Assembly (NCBI GenBank): GCA_001179505.1
Contig: CDMY01000286.1
Coordinates: 70,346-134,345 of the forward strand
Direction of reading: 5' to 3'
Source of the DNA: Vitrella brassicaformis CCMP3155
Taxonomy: Eukaryota; Protista; Chromerida
Length of the DNA: 64,000 nucleotides
Each line of letters starts with the position of its first letter. The first letter of the stretch is position 1. The position numbers and the translations under genes are program-made. The notes below the pieces were generated by a model. That model was not told the origin of the DNA. It did not search any database and saw only the letters and a program-made list of their open reading frames with translations. Shown piece by piece: positions 52,701 to 64,000 of the stretch.

Positions 52701-55315
52701 ATGTGTCTGCTTGTACGTCTGGGACGTTCACAGGAGGTGAAGCTGGTCGGCGGCAAGCTCACGACCAAGACGCTGGAGACATCCTGGAAACCACAGGCAG
52801 GGCAATGGGTCTGGCTTTTTCATGCAGGGTCATATTTCCGTCTTCCTTTGCGTCAGGACTGCGGCATGAAGACCCTAAACTACGTCGAGCAGCTCAGACT
52901 CAAAGGTCAGTCAGCACAGCACAATCACCCTCTGCCTCTCTCTCTCTTTTCTCTCCCTCTGTCTCTCAGCGTGGCGCTGCAAGCGGGCTCTCCAGCAAGC
53001 ACTCCCCGAGAGCATGCTCAAGTCCATCCTGCAGGACAAACCCCTCATCAAGCGCTCAGACCTCGAGAAAATCATCGTTCAAGAAGTAAAGAAGATCAAG
53101 AGAAAGCTCACGCAAGACATGCTGCCGGATGGCGCTGGCACTGCACAAGCCGAGACGACACGACCGCCAGCAGAGGAGCTTCGCCCCCCAGCAGAGAGCG
53201 AGTTTGGGAATGTCATAAGAATCGATTCTGCAGAAGGTCTGACGGAGAGTCAAAGGAAGAGGCTGGTGCCTCTGCCTGTGGGCGCAACACTAGCACCGAA
53301 AGAGGGTGCACTGGCGCGGATCGTGTCGCCGGGATACTCGCCCAGCCGGGCAGAAGCAGGCACAATCAAGTGAGAAGACACGTAACAACATGACTGGATG
53401 TCTGAGCGACGTCGATGCTTTGTCTGATGCTGTGTGCAGGGAGAAGGCGATGGCTTATCGGCCTGAGCTGGAGGAGGCGTTGTTGGCCAACAGGGGCTCG
53501 GGGGCCATGGGCTTCGACCACCCACTCACCGTCAACTTCAAAGGTACGCAGGGGTGTCACAGACGTACGCGTGATGTTTCTTCTGCGTGTACAGGCGGTG
53601 GCGTAAAGCCCGTGGACACCTACCTGGCGCCATCGGACATTCAGGCCTTCCTCGTCACGCAGAAGGCTAACAAGCAGTAAGCAAGACACAACAACAGAAG
53701 CAACTGACGTGGAGGTGAATCATGTTGTTTGTTTCAAGTGACGAGATCGATGTCCGCGACTTGGTCAACAATTTGTACCACCGCACTGCAGGCGGATATC
53801 GGGAGGACCACCAGTACCAAGATGCACTCGAGCCGTCGCTGCGGCAACTCAGACCCCACGCAATGGTACGAACAAACGCACCGTCAGCAGTGAGATACAC
53901 ACCTGTGTACACCATTCCTCGCCTTTGCAGCCTGTCGGTGGAGAGGTGTCCCAGCGTGATGCGGGAGCCTCCCCTGCGCCCACGTATCTCCACCCCCGGA
54001 TGCAGAGGCTCATGGCCGCACTCCAAGACGCCGTTGCAGAGAAAAAGCGGGCCAGCGGTGAGCACATGCGGACAGAATGTGCACACACAGGTGTGTCTCT
54101 CATGTGCATCGTGCACTCAGATGCTGCCAAGCCGTCTAAGATGTTCCGTCGATTAAACATGGATGGGGACGGCTACGTCGACTTGGAAGATCTCACAAGG
54201 GCAGCGCAGCAATACAAAGTAACCAATACTCACACACCAATTCCGCCAGACAACGTATTCGAGTCCGTGCCGAGACTGTCTCCTTATCAGATTGCAGCTG
54301 CCCCAGAGGACCTCCGTGACTTGATGCACGCCCTTGATGAGAGCCACAATGGCTCCGTCGACATAGGCGAGTTCACGAGAAACTTCCAGGTCGTCGAAGG
54401 CTCATGGGGCGACAAGATGCGGAAAACGGCAAGGGTTGTCCCACAGAGGCAAGATGAGGCCGTCATGGCTGCCAGGCTCACTACGCATCCGAAGGATACA
54501 GAGGCGGCTGAGGCACAGGCCGTCGATCAGCCATCCGTCAGCGCCCTCCAGTTGATCTGCTGCCGCATTAAGGGCGAGTACGAGGAGACAAAGGAACAGG
54601 TCGCCATGAAAAAACCGCCTGGGAGATTCGATCGGTATGGATGCATGTGTCCACAGAGAGACAGACACACTGCCACCTCTGTGTGTGCAGGACACGCTAT
54701 GACGATCACACCAAGCCGTTGGTGCAGCCATCGCAGCCGTGTGGGCTGACCATCGACCCCTCCCTGCGCTTCAGCTCTTCCTACACCTCCACATTCAACG
54801 CCATGGGGGCATACGGTACCTGCCGTGAGACACACAGCCAACCGTGTCTCTCTCATATATATCGATCGCTCTCATGTTGCATGGCCCTCATCAGATCCCA
54901 TGAATGTGTCTTTGACGGACGCGCAGAAGAAAGAACACCTGGCGGCGCTGCGAGTGGAAAGGTACAAAACCGCAGACAAGGAGTATCCACGGCGATAGGT
55001 CTTCCTCTCTTCCTGTCTTCCCGTCCTGCTGTGCAGGAAGCGCTTGAAGGCAGAAGAGTATGAGGATCAGAAGGTCGTGCAGCAGTCGTGTCTGGGCGAC
55101 ATGCAGGCCAAGCGAGCGGCGTTGAAGGCCCTCAACAGGCTGGCCCACGAGAGACGCGCACGGCACATGTGAGTGAGACACAGGCTTCTGCAGCAGTTGT
55201 TTGCCGAAAGAAGAGCCAGGGGTGCGTGCGTGCGTGCATGGCCGAGATCGAACTATCCTTTGAATCCAAGTTGTTCCAACATATGCTTCACAACAACGAC
55301 AAACTGAGCGCTTAA
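49714..55315 (+). CDS. Large multi-exon (about 30 exons) EF-hand calcium-binding protein; start tentative
   Basis: EF-loop-like DRDDK/GAATFSEF, DVNDEGHITLPQF, NMDGDGYVDLEDL and DESHNGSVDIGEF. A continuous chain of short GT-AG-bounded exons ends ...HNNDKLSA* at 55315. Confidence 0.75.
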
Positions 55316-55824
55316 GTGTCATCGGCCACCTTTGTAGCTGGTGCTGTATGTGTTCGCTATGTGTACCAATACAGCAGGTAGGCTGACGGATGGATGACTG
55401 GCTGACGAGACAGCGGTTGAGGGCCGTCAGTAGCTCACGGTCGACCAGGTACGATGCGATGCAGACAGGCTACCGCTGCTGCCTTGGTGTGTGTCGGTCG
55501 ACAGTTGAACCATTTCATCGTGTAAAGAGACCACGAATGACCCGATGCGGCATGTGTCGTGACGATTCATGGTGATACATTTGTTCGTTCGTTCGTTTGT
55601 GTCCACCCAATGTGTCGGTGCCACTTGATCCCTCCCACAGCAAAGAGAAATGCACTACAAATATGCGACAAAAGGTGTACTGCACAACAGACAGGGCTCC
55701 TACTTATTGAAGTGAGTGACAAATGACCGTATACGACTGGTGTGTGGGTGTCATGCCTGCCACATCCACACACACACACATCCACACACACCCACACCCA
55801 CACCACGCAACATCCACTCCTCTC

Positions 55825-56215
55825 TCAGTCCAGACAGCACACAAGCACACCACACCCATGATATGAACCCTGTTCCCCTCCGGTTATTGTTTTCTTCCCC
55901 GTGTGGCATGTACATGGTGAAGTCAAAAACAAGAACACAGTTCACAATGCACTGACACCACAAGCACACAAGCACGCCACACCCGATATGACATAAACCC
56001 GGCTGGCCCTTCTCCCTTGCCCCTCCCCCGCGCGCGTATCCATCTACATGGTGAAGTCAAAAACAAAAGCACAATTAATTCGCAATGCACTCTCTCTCAG
56101 CCCAGACAGCACACAAGCAAAGCGTACCCGATATGATATGGAACCGGTGTCCCCCCAACCCGCGTGTCTTTCTGCATGGTGAAGTCAAAAACAAAACACA
56201 ATGCACTGACAGGCT
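55825..56215. repeat. Three diverged ~133-bp tandem units
   Basis: Core 'catggtgaagtcaaaaacaa..acac..caatgcact' at about 55912, 56046 and 56175. Confidence 0.8.
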
Positions 56216-56465
56216 GACAAAGGGCAGGACACACACCGCACCAGACGCCCTCAGACTATGCAGTGCAGACGCATCACACACACAACAAGGAAGGCTCTAG
56301 ACACACATACACACAATAAACACACATGTATGTCTCTCTCTGCAATCTTAATGAAAGAACAGTGACGCACACACCACACGCAGACGAGTGGCTCAATCGA
56401 ACCGGTGGCCTGAAAGAAACCAACACACAGACATGGACGCCCGGTGTCCTTCAGTCTCACTTACA

Positions 56466-57056
56466 TCAGTCATGGTGGTGGTGATGGTGGTGGTGGTGGC
56501 GGTGCCCACGGCGCCAGCGACCACGACCCCAGCGACCACGGCCCCAGCGACCACCACCCCAGCGACCACGACCCCAGCGACCACGACCCCAGCGGCCCCT
56601 ATGACGATGGCCGTGGTGGTGATGATGGCCCGAATGACCACGACGACCCCCACGACGACGGCCTGCACACGACAAAAACACAGAACCGAGGGATAGGGAT
56701 GATGCTCAGTGTCTGTCTGGTCAGAACAACGGTGGGAGTATTGCATGTGGGTGCTGACGTCGCTGAAGGGCACGCAGGTTGCCCGACTTCAGAGGCTCGT
56801 CCTCCGCCTCATCCTCGTCATCGTCATCATCCTCATCATCGGCCAGATCCGCCTCGTCGGCATCGACCAGGGCGTCCTCCTCGTCGTCGAGCAGCTCATC
56901 CACAGTCGCCAGGGCATTGTCAGATTCATCAAGAGCAACAACAGTGGGAGCAGCAGTCGTGGCGGAGGGTGGCTGGGCCATGGTGGCTGAGGGCGTCCAA
57001 ACCGCCACCAGGAGAGCGGCCAGGGCCAAGAGCGTCAGGCGCGAGAAGAGAGCCAT
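56466..57056 (-). CDS. 164-aa secreted precursor: signal peptide, acidic pro-region, RAL site and Arg/Gly/Trp/His-rich cationic peptide (2 exons)
   Basis: Exon 1 (57056-56759) reads MALFSRLTLL..DDEDDDDDEDEAEDE..NLRALQR. A 96-nt phase-1 intron (gtcagc..gtgcag) precedes exon 2 (56662-56466), RRRRGGRRGHSGHHHHHGHRHRGRW(GRGRW)...RRGHRHHHHHHHHHD*. Confidence 0.8.
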
Positions 57057-57202
57057 GGATGATAACAGACAATCGAGCAGGCGGGATTGACAGATGGCAA
57101 GAGTCGGCTGAGGCAGGAGTGGATAGATGGGAGAGAGAGCCAAAACGAATGGGAGGGGAGGGATGGCTTCGAAGTTGTCAAAACGCAAAGGATCGCTTTT
57201 GC

Positions 57203-57228
57203 AGCGGTTTCAGGGAGCACCCTAGGCG
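57203..57228. promoter_or_regulatory. 26-bp element identical to 63916-63941
   Basis: agcggtttcagggagcaccctaggcg, containing AGGG-AGCA-CCCT, upstream of a minus-strand ATG at both sites. Confidence 0.55.
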
Positions 57229-57719
57229 AGCTACCCCTTCGTCGCGAGAAGGAAGGGCTGAGTTTGCCGCACATTGGTAAGGCCAGGCGCTGGTGCCAGT
57301 GGCACGTATTTGTCGACAGATGATAGATGGATGGATGCCTCAACTGTCTTGTGTCAACTTGTCTTGTGTGACTCTGTCATCATGCAGGCTGCGGTCATAT
57401 TGGGTGCTCTTATTCATCGCTTGTTTCTGCGAGTGTGCCTGAAGCGACTACGTCCACGTCTGCCTGAAGGAATCATCAAGAATGGCCTCACGAGCACCTG
57501 TGGAATGACGGAGTCTTTCTGTCTGCATGATGGTGTGCAGACAAGACGCACTACCGCCTTCTCTCTCACCTACCTGTTGAGCATCGCGGATATCCGTTGA
57601 GTAACGTAATTCAGGTACGGATGCATGGCACTGATGTGATGATGGAAAGCGAGAAGATGGGAAGCCCTTCATGCACGTGTGCGTTGCCTTTGGTGTGGTA
57701 CTTGCTGCAGATCATAAGG

Positions 57720-59348
57720 ATGGCCGTCCGTTCGTCAACCGCAGCCGATCAGCAGCAGCAGCAGCAGCAGCAGCAGGCGGCAGTGATCGAGGCCATCAAG
57801 ATGCAGATTCACTTCCGTCCCGGCTCCAATGAGGAGGTCAAGAAGCTCACCCGTCGGCTCGTCGGCAGAATCATGAATCGCAGCATTACTCCTGACGGTG
57901 TGCGGCGCCTTGTTCGCCGCGTCGCTGATCCCACCGTGACCATCGAGCTGTCTTCCGTATCGGGGGTGGCGCTCGTGTGTCTGCTCGCGTTGGCCATCGA
58001 CGACTTCAGCTCCCCCACTGCGCTGGAGTCGGCGCTCCAGCTATGGCCTTCCTTCATGCCCCCGGGTCGGCTGGTGCTCCCATTGTGGCCAAGCCGTCAG
58101 ATCCAGGCGGGCATCATCAACGCGCTGGTCGACGAGGGCGCAGATGTCGATGGGCTGGTGGGGGGGAGCAAGCGCCCCGTGGAGGTGGCGGTGCGGGCGG
58201 GCAACGCGATGGGAGTGAGGACCCTCGTGGGCACACATGGGGCGGAGGTGTACGGCATGGGGCTGCTGCATGTGCCGTACGAGATCCGGGTGGCGACCGA
58301 GCAGTACGAGGATGCCCTGATCGACATCTTCGGCTACCTCCTGGAGCAAGACCCCGACTTGGCGACGGAGACCGATGTGACGGGCAACGATGTCGTGCAC
58401 TCGGCAGCCGGGGCGGGTCATGTCTACTCCCGGGGCTTCATCGAGGCCTACCTGGACCTGGTGACGGCCAACGGGGCGACCCTGACCCACGTGGGGCATG
58501 CTGGGAGGACGGCACTGCACACCGCTTGTGTGTTCTCAGCACACCATGTGGTCGAGTACCTGTGCGACAACCTCACACCCGCCGACATCAACGCCACGGA
58601 CAACGGCATAGTGCTGCCGCCGCAGACCCCTCTTGTCTGTGCTGCCGGGAGCGTCGCCCGGCTTGCCGATCCACATAGGCCCATCTTGGTGTACGAGAAC
58701 CGTGACAAGGCGATAGAGGGCATGAAGGGGGCGGTCCGCACCTTGCTGCGGTCGGGGGCAGCGATCGGTGTGATGCCCACCGCGGCGCGTCGTGTGGCGT
58801 TGGATCAGTACGTCAAGGTGCTGAATGCGCTGCCCACGGCCGTCATGGGAGCCATCAACGCCGCCCTGACCCCCCAGCGCTCCCTCGCCGCTGTCATCAC
58901 GCCCCGGCTGGCCGTCGGCCCGAACGAGGCGCCCATCTTCGGCTGGTGCATCGCATCTTACCTGTTCGACATGGATGCCGCCAAGGCGGGCATCAGTGAG
59001 GCCATCGGTGTGCGGGGCAGCGACCTGGCCCGCCGTGTGTGTGCGGCTGCGCAACATTTCGTCGAGTCGGCTGTGTACAAGGCCAGCAGCAACATGGAGG
59101 TGGTGCGCCACAAGGAGAGTGTGGAGGGCGAGATGGTGCGGGTGCCCCTGCAGTGCTTCGCCATGAGGGCCGGGTCGAGGGTGCGTCGGCTGGGGGTGCG
59201 TGAGGTGGTGCACAAGGCGCGGCTGCACGAGGTGGCGGCACACGGGCTGCAGGGCGTGGTCAAAGGGTTCAACACCCACCTGGGCAACACCGACTGCGTG
59301 TTCCAGTGGGGACAGCTGGGATGGGCGGATGCCAGCGGCCGCCACTAA
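57720..59348 (+). CDS. Intronless ankyrin-repeat protein with polyQ N-terminus and lineage-specific C-terminal domain
   Basis: Uninterrupted ORF with RPVEVAVRAGN, DVVHSAAGAG and RTALHTACVFSAHHVVEYLCDNLTPADIN. C-terminus PLQCFAM..VREVVHKARL..GVVKGFNTHLG. Confidence 0.85.
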   Translation: MAVRSSTAADQQQQQQQQQAAVIEAIKMQIHFRPGSNEEVKKLTRRLVGRIMNRSITPDGVRRLVRRVADPTVTIELSSVSGVALVCLLALAIDDFSSPTALESALQLWPSFMPPGRLVLPLWPSRQIQAGIINALVDEGADVDGLVGGSKRPVEVAVRAGNAMGVRTLVGTHGAEVYGMGLLHVPYEIRVATEQYEDALIDIFGYLLEQDPDLATETDVTGNDVVHSAAGAGHVYSRGFIEAYLDLVTANGATLTHVGHAGRTALHTACVFSAHHVVEYLCDNLTPADINATDNGIVLPPQTPLVCAAGSVARLADPHRPILVYENRDKAIEGMKGAVRTLLRSGAAIGVMPTAARRVALDQYVKVLNALPTAVMGAINAALTPQRSLAAVITPRLAVGPNEAPIFGWCIASYLFDMDAAKAGISEAIGVRGSDLARRVCAAAQHFVESAVYKASSNMEVVRHKESVEGEMVRVPLQCFAMRAGSRVRRLGVREVVHKARLHEVAAHGLQGVVKGFNTHLGNTDCVFQWGQLGWADASGRH

Positions 59349-60543
59349 CGGACTCACTGTCTCATCGCTGTGTAAATAATGAGAGAGGGGGGAGTGGGAC
59401 GGGCAGAGGGGAGGGAGGGAGGGAGGGATGCATCGCACGTGAACGTTCGTGTGTACACTTGTGGCATGCCTGCGGGGTGGGCAGTTTTGGGGTTCACACA
59501 CACAAGTGGAGGCGTCTGCCCATGTACAGTCATCACAATGTCATGCAGCCTCCTCCTGTCTTGCCTGTGGAGTGCCATCCATCCACAGCCGTTGTGGGGA
59601 AAGATGGTCGTGGACGGATGGACAGATGGCATGGACGGACACGACACACAAGGCAAGAAGAGAGATAAGGAATGGACCGCAGGCAGGCAGCTGTGCTGCT
59701 GGAACACTCTCATGCCTCTGTCCTGGCTGCAAGCCTGCAAAGCGTGGCTGGAGAGAGAGGCTCACGATCGCATTTGTGCGTTTGCATGTGTGCATCTGAT
59801 GCGTGTACCTGTATACATCCTTGACACTCTGCTGTGTGTGTGTTGTCTTCAATGGGGCTGTGAGACACGATGAAGTGATGCTAAGCCACTCAATTCAGCC
59901 ACCAGATGGCATACAGGCCGATGCGTCAGACATTCTGGTTGATACATCGCTCTCCCAGCCCATACACAAAAGGAAATATGTCAGCCTACGGGACCAAGCC
60001 CTCCCGCCTTACAAGCCTGGCCAGTAGGAACCGAGGCACTTTTCACACACACACACACACACACACAGAGATACTCACAGTCCGCACAGCACAGGAGTCA
60101 ACGTCACGGCAAATGGCAGACGGCCGCCTGCCACAGCACAGCACCACAGGACATGTGTGGCTACCTATGGGTAGATATCTTGTGTGTGTGTCAGCGCAGT
60201 GCAGTGCAGTCACTACTTGATCACGGCGGCTCGGGATACTGACAACCGTTTTTTTCACTGTGTGTGTGTGAGAGTGTGTCAGCTCCCCCTGTAACCGATT
60301 CATCCTGCCTACACGAAGATGCCGCGCCCATGGATGGATGGCTGGATGCATGGATTGATGGATGGATGGATGAGTTCGTGTGTGCGTGTGTTTGATTTAG
60401 CACGGAGACACTTCATGTGTATGCAGCGGCCTCTGCGCGGCGGCCGAGGCGGATAAAGGGGATAAAGGTGAAAGAAGGAAAGGAGGAGGTCAGCAGCGAG
60501 TGCCGGACTATCATCTAATCAACACTCATCTCATCTCATCTTA

Positions 60544-63500
60544 TCAGTCCAGCTCGCCGCCCCCCGAGTGCCGCAGTCTGTCAGGCAGGAGTGCCCTGGC
60601 CAGCTCGCGACACTCCCTGTCGGGGTCGTCGTCACACGCATGCTCCAGATGGCACACCAACCTGGCAAATGGAGAGGAGTTAGGTATGCGCATGTGGATG
60701 CGTGTGCGGGTGGTTGGTGTCTGCTTACTTGGTGACGTATGGCTGAAGGGTGTTGTCTGCCCATTGTGAGTGCTGGATGGCCACCAGCAGCAAAGCACTC
60801 GCCATCAGACACGCATACCTGCACACACCCACACAGAGAGAGGGAGAAGGACACGTAGTGAGAATATCAGTCCCACGCACAAAGGCACACGTGCGAGTGC
60901 AGATCTTCCTCACCTGACGTATGGGTCTTTGTGTTGCCTGAGCGTCTCCACCACCTGGGCAGTGCCCTCCCACATCTCTCTCATCCTGCTGCACCCCTCA
61001 CCCGCACACTCGACGAACAGCCCCAGCGTCCGCACATAGGCTCCCATCAGCTGGCCCTCCCCAGCCCACCCCCGCCGCTCGTCGCCGCGCAGCCCCTCCA
61101 TCTCACACACCACCCGACGGAACATCACCGGGCCGCACTGCTCATCGGCGAAGCGATTGCGGGTGGCCGGCTGGGAGGGGGCCGATCGACGTGTGAAGTA
61201 GCGGGTCTTAGGGCGAGGAGGGGGCGGCTTGGGGGGCTCCTGCTGCTTTGCTGGGGTGCATGTGACATCGGTGTGGGCACTGAGGCGTCTGGATGGAGGA
61301 CATTGGTGGAGGAAAGAAGCTGTATGCTCTTTGTCTTGACGTTGTGTTTTCTCTTGCTGTGTTCACTTGGCTGCTTGTTGGAGGGCGGCCAGGACGAATA
61401 TCTTCTCACACAGTGTGGTGGAATCCTTGCCAAGGCTCGATGTGACGCGACTGACGACCGGGCATACACACAGACACGCGCAGGTATCACGCCCTCCCCA
61501 GTGTCTTGTGGCGACCATCCCATCGCTTACTTGAGAATCTCCGCATTGAATCCCTTGTGTAACAGCGAGATAAGTGCCTCCATTCTGAGAGCATCGACGA
61601 CCCTCTCATCCATGCCGTGGTAGTCCGGCACAAACAGCAGCCGGTCCACGAGCGCCTTGCCGACGGTCGCCACCTCCCCGCCCTCGACGGCCCCATCCCC
61701 CTCCCTCAGCAGCGTGGGGATGGCCTTTAGGGCCGCCACCAGCCGCTGGCCCTTCTCGGCAGCCGTCATGTCTCTGTCGTCGCGCACCTGCACCTTGCCC
61801 CGATAGCCGCCAGCCCATGAATGCGGGCCGGTGCCCTTCATCGGCCGGTGGATGTCCGTCAGGATGTCCACGCACTCGCGCAGATACAGAGGGGGCCGGA
61901 TGGGCGAGAGGGCCGACAAAGCGGAGAGAAGCGCCGCGCTGAAGAGCGACACACGCACACACGGAGGGAGATTATCGCCGTATTAGGCCTGGTCTGTTCG
62001 CCTACTCGTCCATGTCGTCTTGCACGATCTTCAGGTGCTTCTCTCTGGCTGCCGCGCCATCCGTCCCCTCGAGGGCCAATAGCTCAGACGACCGCCCACT
62101 GTTGATGGGCTTCAGTGCTGGGAGTGACGCTAGGTATGCATCATCCTCGTCCTGCTCCTCATCACCATCAGCAGCAGCAGCAGCGATCGCCACACCATTT
62201 GCCGTTGGACCTTTCTCGTCTCGCTTCCCATTGACGCATTCGCTCTCTTGCGTCGACGGCATGGATGGCGGTTCAGGGGCGGGCGTGACGTGCCGGCCGC
62301 TGGTTGCTGGGTGCGGGAGTGGGAGGTTGGCCAGGTTGAGTATGAGGCCGATGCCTGAGTTGTAGTCGAGCTCCTCGAACAGCACAGGGGGCTGTTGGTC
62401 AGCCGATGGCGACACGGGGGCGCAGCGCATGAATGTGTCGCCCACCGCCATACCCTGCAGCCTGCACACATCGGACACAGATCAGATACACATGCCCCAG
62501 TTGGTGTATGTGTATCTGTCGACCTTTGCGGCGTCACGCTGCATGACAACCGTGCCCTCACGCCGTCCATGATCATGCCACGCACCTGCAGCAACGACAA
62601 AAATCACGTGAAGCCTGCCTGCATTTATGTCTGCATGTGTGGCTCACATCTGCGTCCATGAGGGCAGCGACAGCCTCAGCACTCGCAGAGGGCGATACCT
62701 GTGCGCCATCCGGCTGCCCCTTGATGAGCCCCTCCGCCGCCGTTCTCTCCATGGAAACCCTCTCAGCGCACCAATAAAGACACCGCCCAAGCATGACCGT
62801 CAGCCGCACACACGACTCGCTGCCTCTCTCGCTCTCCTTGATGCCACGCCATGACCCCACGAGCTGGCGGATGACCGTCTCCACCACGCTGCTGTCTTGT
62901 GCTGCCTGAGTGTGTGTGCAGATGGTGTCGATCAGCAGCAGCAGCAAGGGGAGCGACAGGGTGGAGGCGAGAGCACTGCTGCAGCCGATGGCGGATGAGA
63001 GGGTGAAGTGAGCCCATGCGGGGCTGGCGAACAGCACACTATCGACAATCGCCGTGATGCTCTCCCGCAGGAAGGGCTCCTTCTCTCCGTCGATGGCGAC
63101 ACCGACAGCATGGCCGACAGACCACTCCATCTTCTCCACCTCCCTGATGCCCTCAGGCCCCTCTCGCGACGTCTGCTCCGACGACGGCACGGCAACCAGA
63201 CCCATAAAGCGGGAAAGAGCCGACATGAAGGCCAGGAGCAGCCGCTGGGCCGCCTGTGAGTCGACGGATAGGCACGCAGCTGTGATGAGAGGGGCGGACT
63301 GCCGGGTCACCATCGCGTCAGCCAATATATCAGCATGGCCTCTGATGACAAACCGCTGTGTAAGAGCGACAAGTGCAGCACACGGCTCCTTCCCGACAGC
63401 CGCTTCCCATACGTGAGTGATCGCCTTCGCCACACGAGCATAATAGCGTTCGCCGAGCGTGCCACGCGCCCGCCAATCGTCGTCAGGGATCGACAGCTGC

Positions 63501-63886
63501 TCGATGAAGGCGCCGACGGCCATCACTGCCGTCGCCAACTCATCTCCATCGCTCTCGCCGCTTCCACATACATCATCAAGACACGAAGACGACACCAGTC
63601 TCATGATGATCCGCCGCACGCCTTGCCGAGCCTTGTCAGTGAGATGCTGATCCTGCCGGGCATGAAGCTGGCAGAATGAGTGCAGGGCATGCAGCTGCCA
63701 AGAGGCCGGGACTGACGACGGGAAGGCGCTGTCGAGGCGACCGTCGGTTGACTCCTCGGTGTGGTTGTTGGACGCGGGAGGGTGGATGACGGAGTTGAGC
63801 AGATCCAGCGTGGCGTGGCGGTAGGCGGCGAATGAAGGAGATGACGTGGATGAATCAACCGTAGGACGTGCGATAGCGGGAGCCAT
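60544..63886 (-). CDS. TELO2: TELO2/Tel2 (TTT complex, PIKK co-chaperone), multi-exon
   Basis: Ordered Tel2-like motifs: QLVGSW..LTVMLGRCL, DGVRARLS..R/LQGMAVGD..VLFEEL, acidic DEDD, PPLYLRECVDIL and LRMEALISL. These are followed by KIFVLAALQQAAK/RLS, KTRYF..NRF, LMGAYVRTLG, LRQHKDPYVR and DDDPDRECRELA. Confidence 0.85.
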
Positions 63887-63915
63887 CCTGCTGCTGCCTA
63901 CAGGTTTTTTGTAGT

Positions 63916-63941
63916 AGCGGTTTCAGGGAGCACCCTAGGCG
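63916..63941. promoter_or_regulatory. 26-bp element identical to 57203-57228
   Basis: Lies 30 bp upstream of the TELO2 ATG. Confidence 0.55.
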
Positions 63942-64000
63942 GCCTGGCGGCCAAGTCCCCTGTCGGTCTGTCCAACATGAAAACACGCACCCTAACATGC

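Noticed and set aside
56466-56660. 15-bp repeat array as a CRISPR-like or regulatory array
   Set aside because: The units are contiguous with no spacers; it is a coding repeat in a eukaryotic gene.
56393-56773. Val/Ala/Gly-rich TM-like reading (AGVVV repeats) of the cationic exon
   Set aside because: It needs a phase-0 donor that is not present. Paralogue introns are phase 1, and repeat variation is synonymous only in the Arg/His frame.
56388-57280. Plus-strand mucin-like (PATTT) and SDHDP-repeat ORFs
   Set aside because: These are antisense shadows of the 15-nt repeat and the acidic exon, with no signal peptide or splice support.

Overview
Eukaryotic, GC-rich, intron-dense genomic DNA. Introns are short GT-AG types full of (GT)n/(CTGT)n/(GGAT)n microsatellites, and there are four ~300-N scaffold gaps. 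The gene families and intron style point to a chromerid alga such as Vitrella brassicaformis (inference). About 25 protein-coding loci can be reconstructed: an ankyrin+RING gene with an in-frame TGA, an OPR/HPR-like helical-repeat protein, small secreted proteins, a secreted TLDc protein and a redox-inactive thioredoxin-like protein. A rearranged, tandemly amplified block (14.7-23.4 kb) holds an aquaporin, subtilisins and Cys-rich membrane mini-proteins. Further on lie DMT and MFS transporters, a PES/ELT-type hydrolase, two tandem membrane-protein paralogues, an FAD monooxygenase, an oocyst-wall-like Cys-repeat protein, a HOTHEAD-type GMC oxidoreductase, a large EF-hand protein, an intronless ankyrin-family gene and TELO2. 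The most striking observation is a three-member secreted gene family (19057, 20894, 57056) that keeps the same 5' leader, signal peptide, phase-1 intron and 3' trailer but carries unrelated cargo. One member encodes an acidic pro-region, an RxL site and a 22-Arg/18-His/6-Trp (GRGRW)n peptide. No rRNA, tRNA, CRISPR array or autonomous transposon was recognised. Exon boundaries were read by eye and are approximate.
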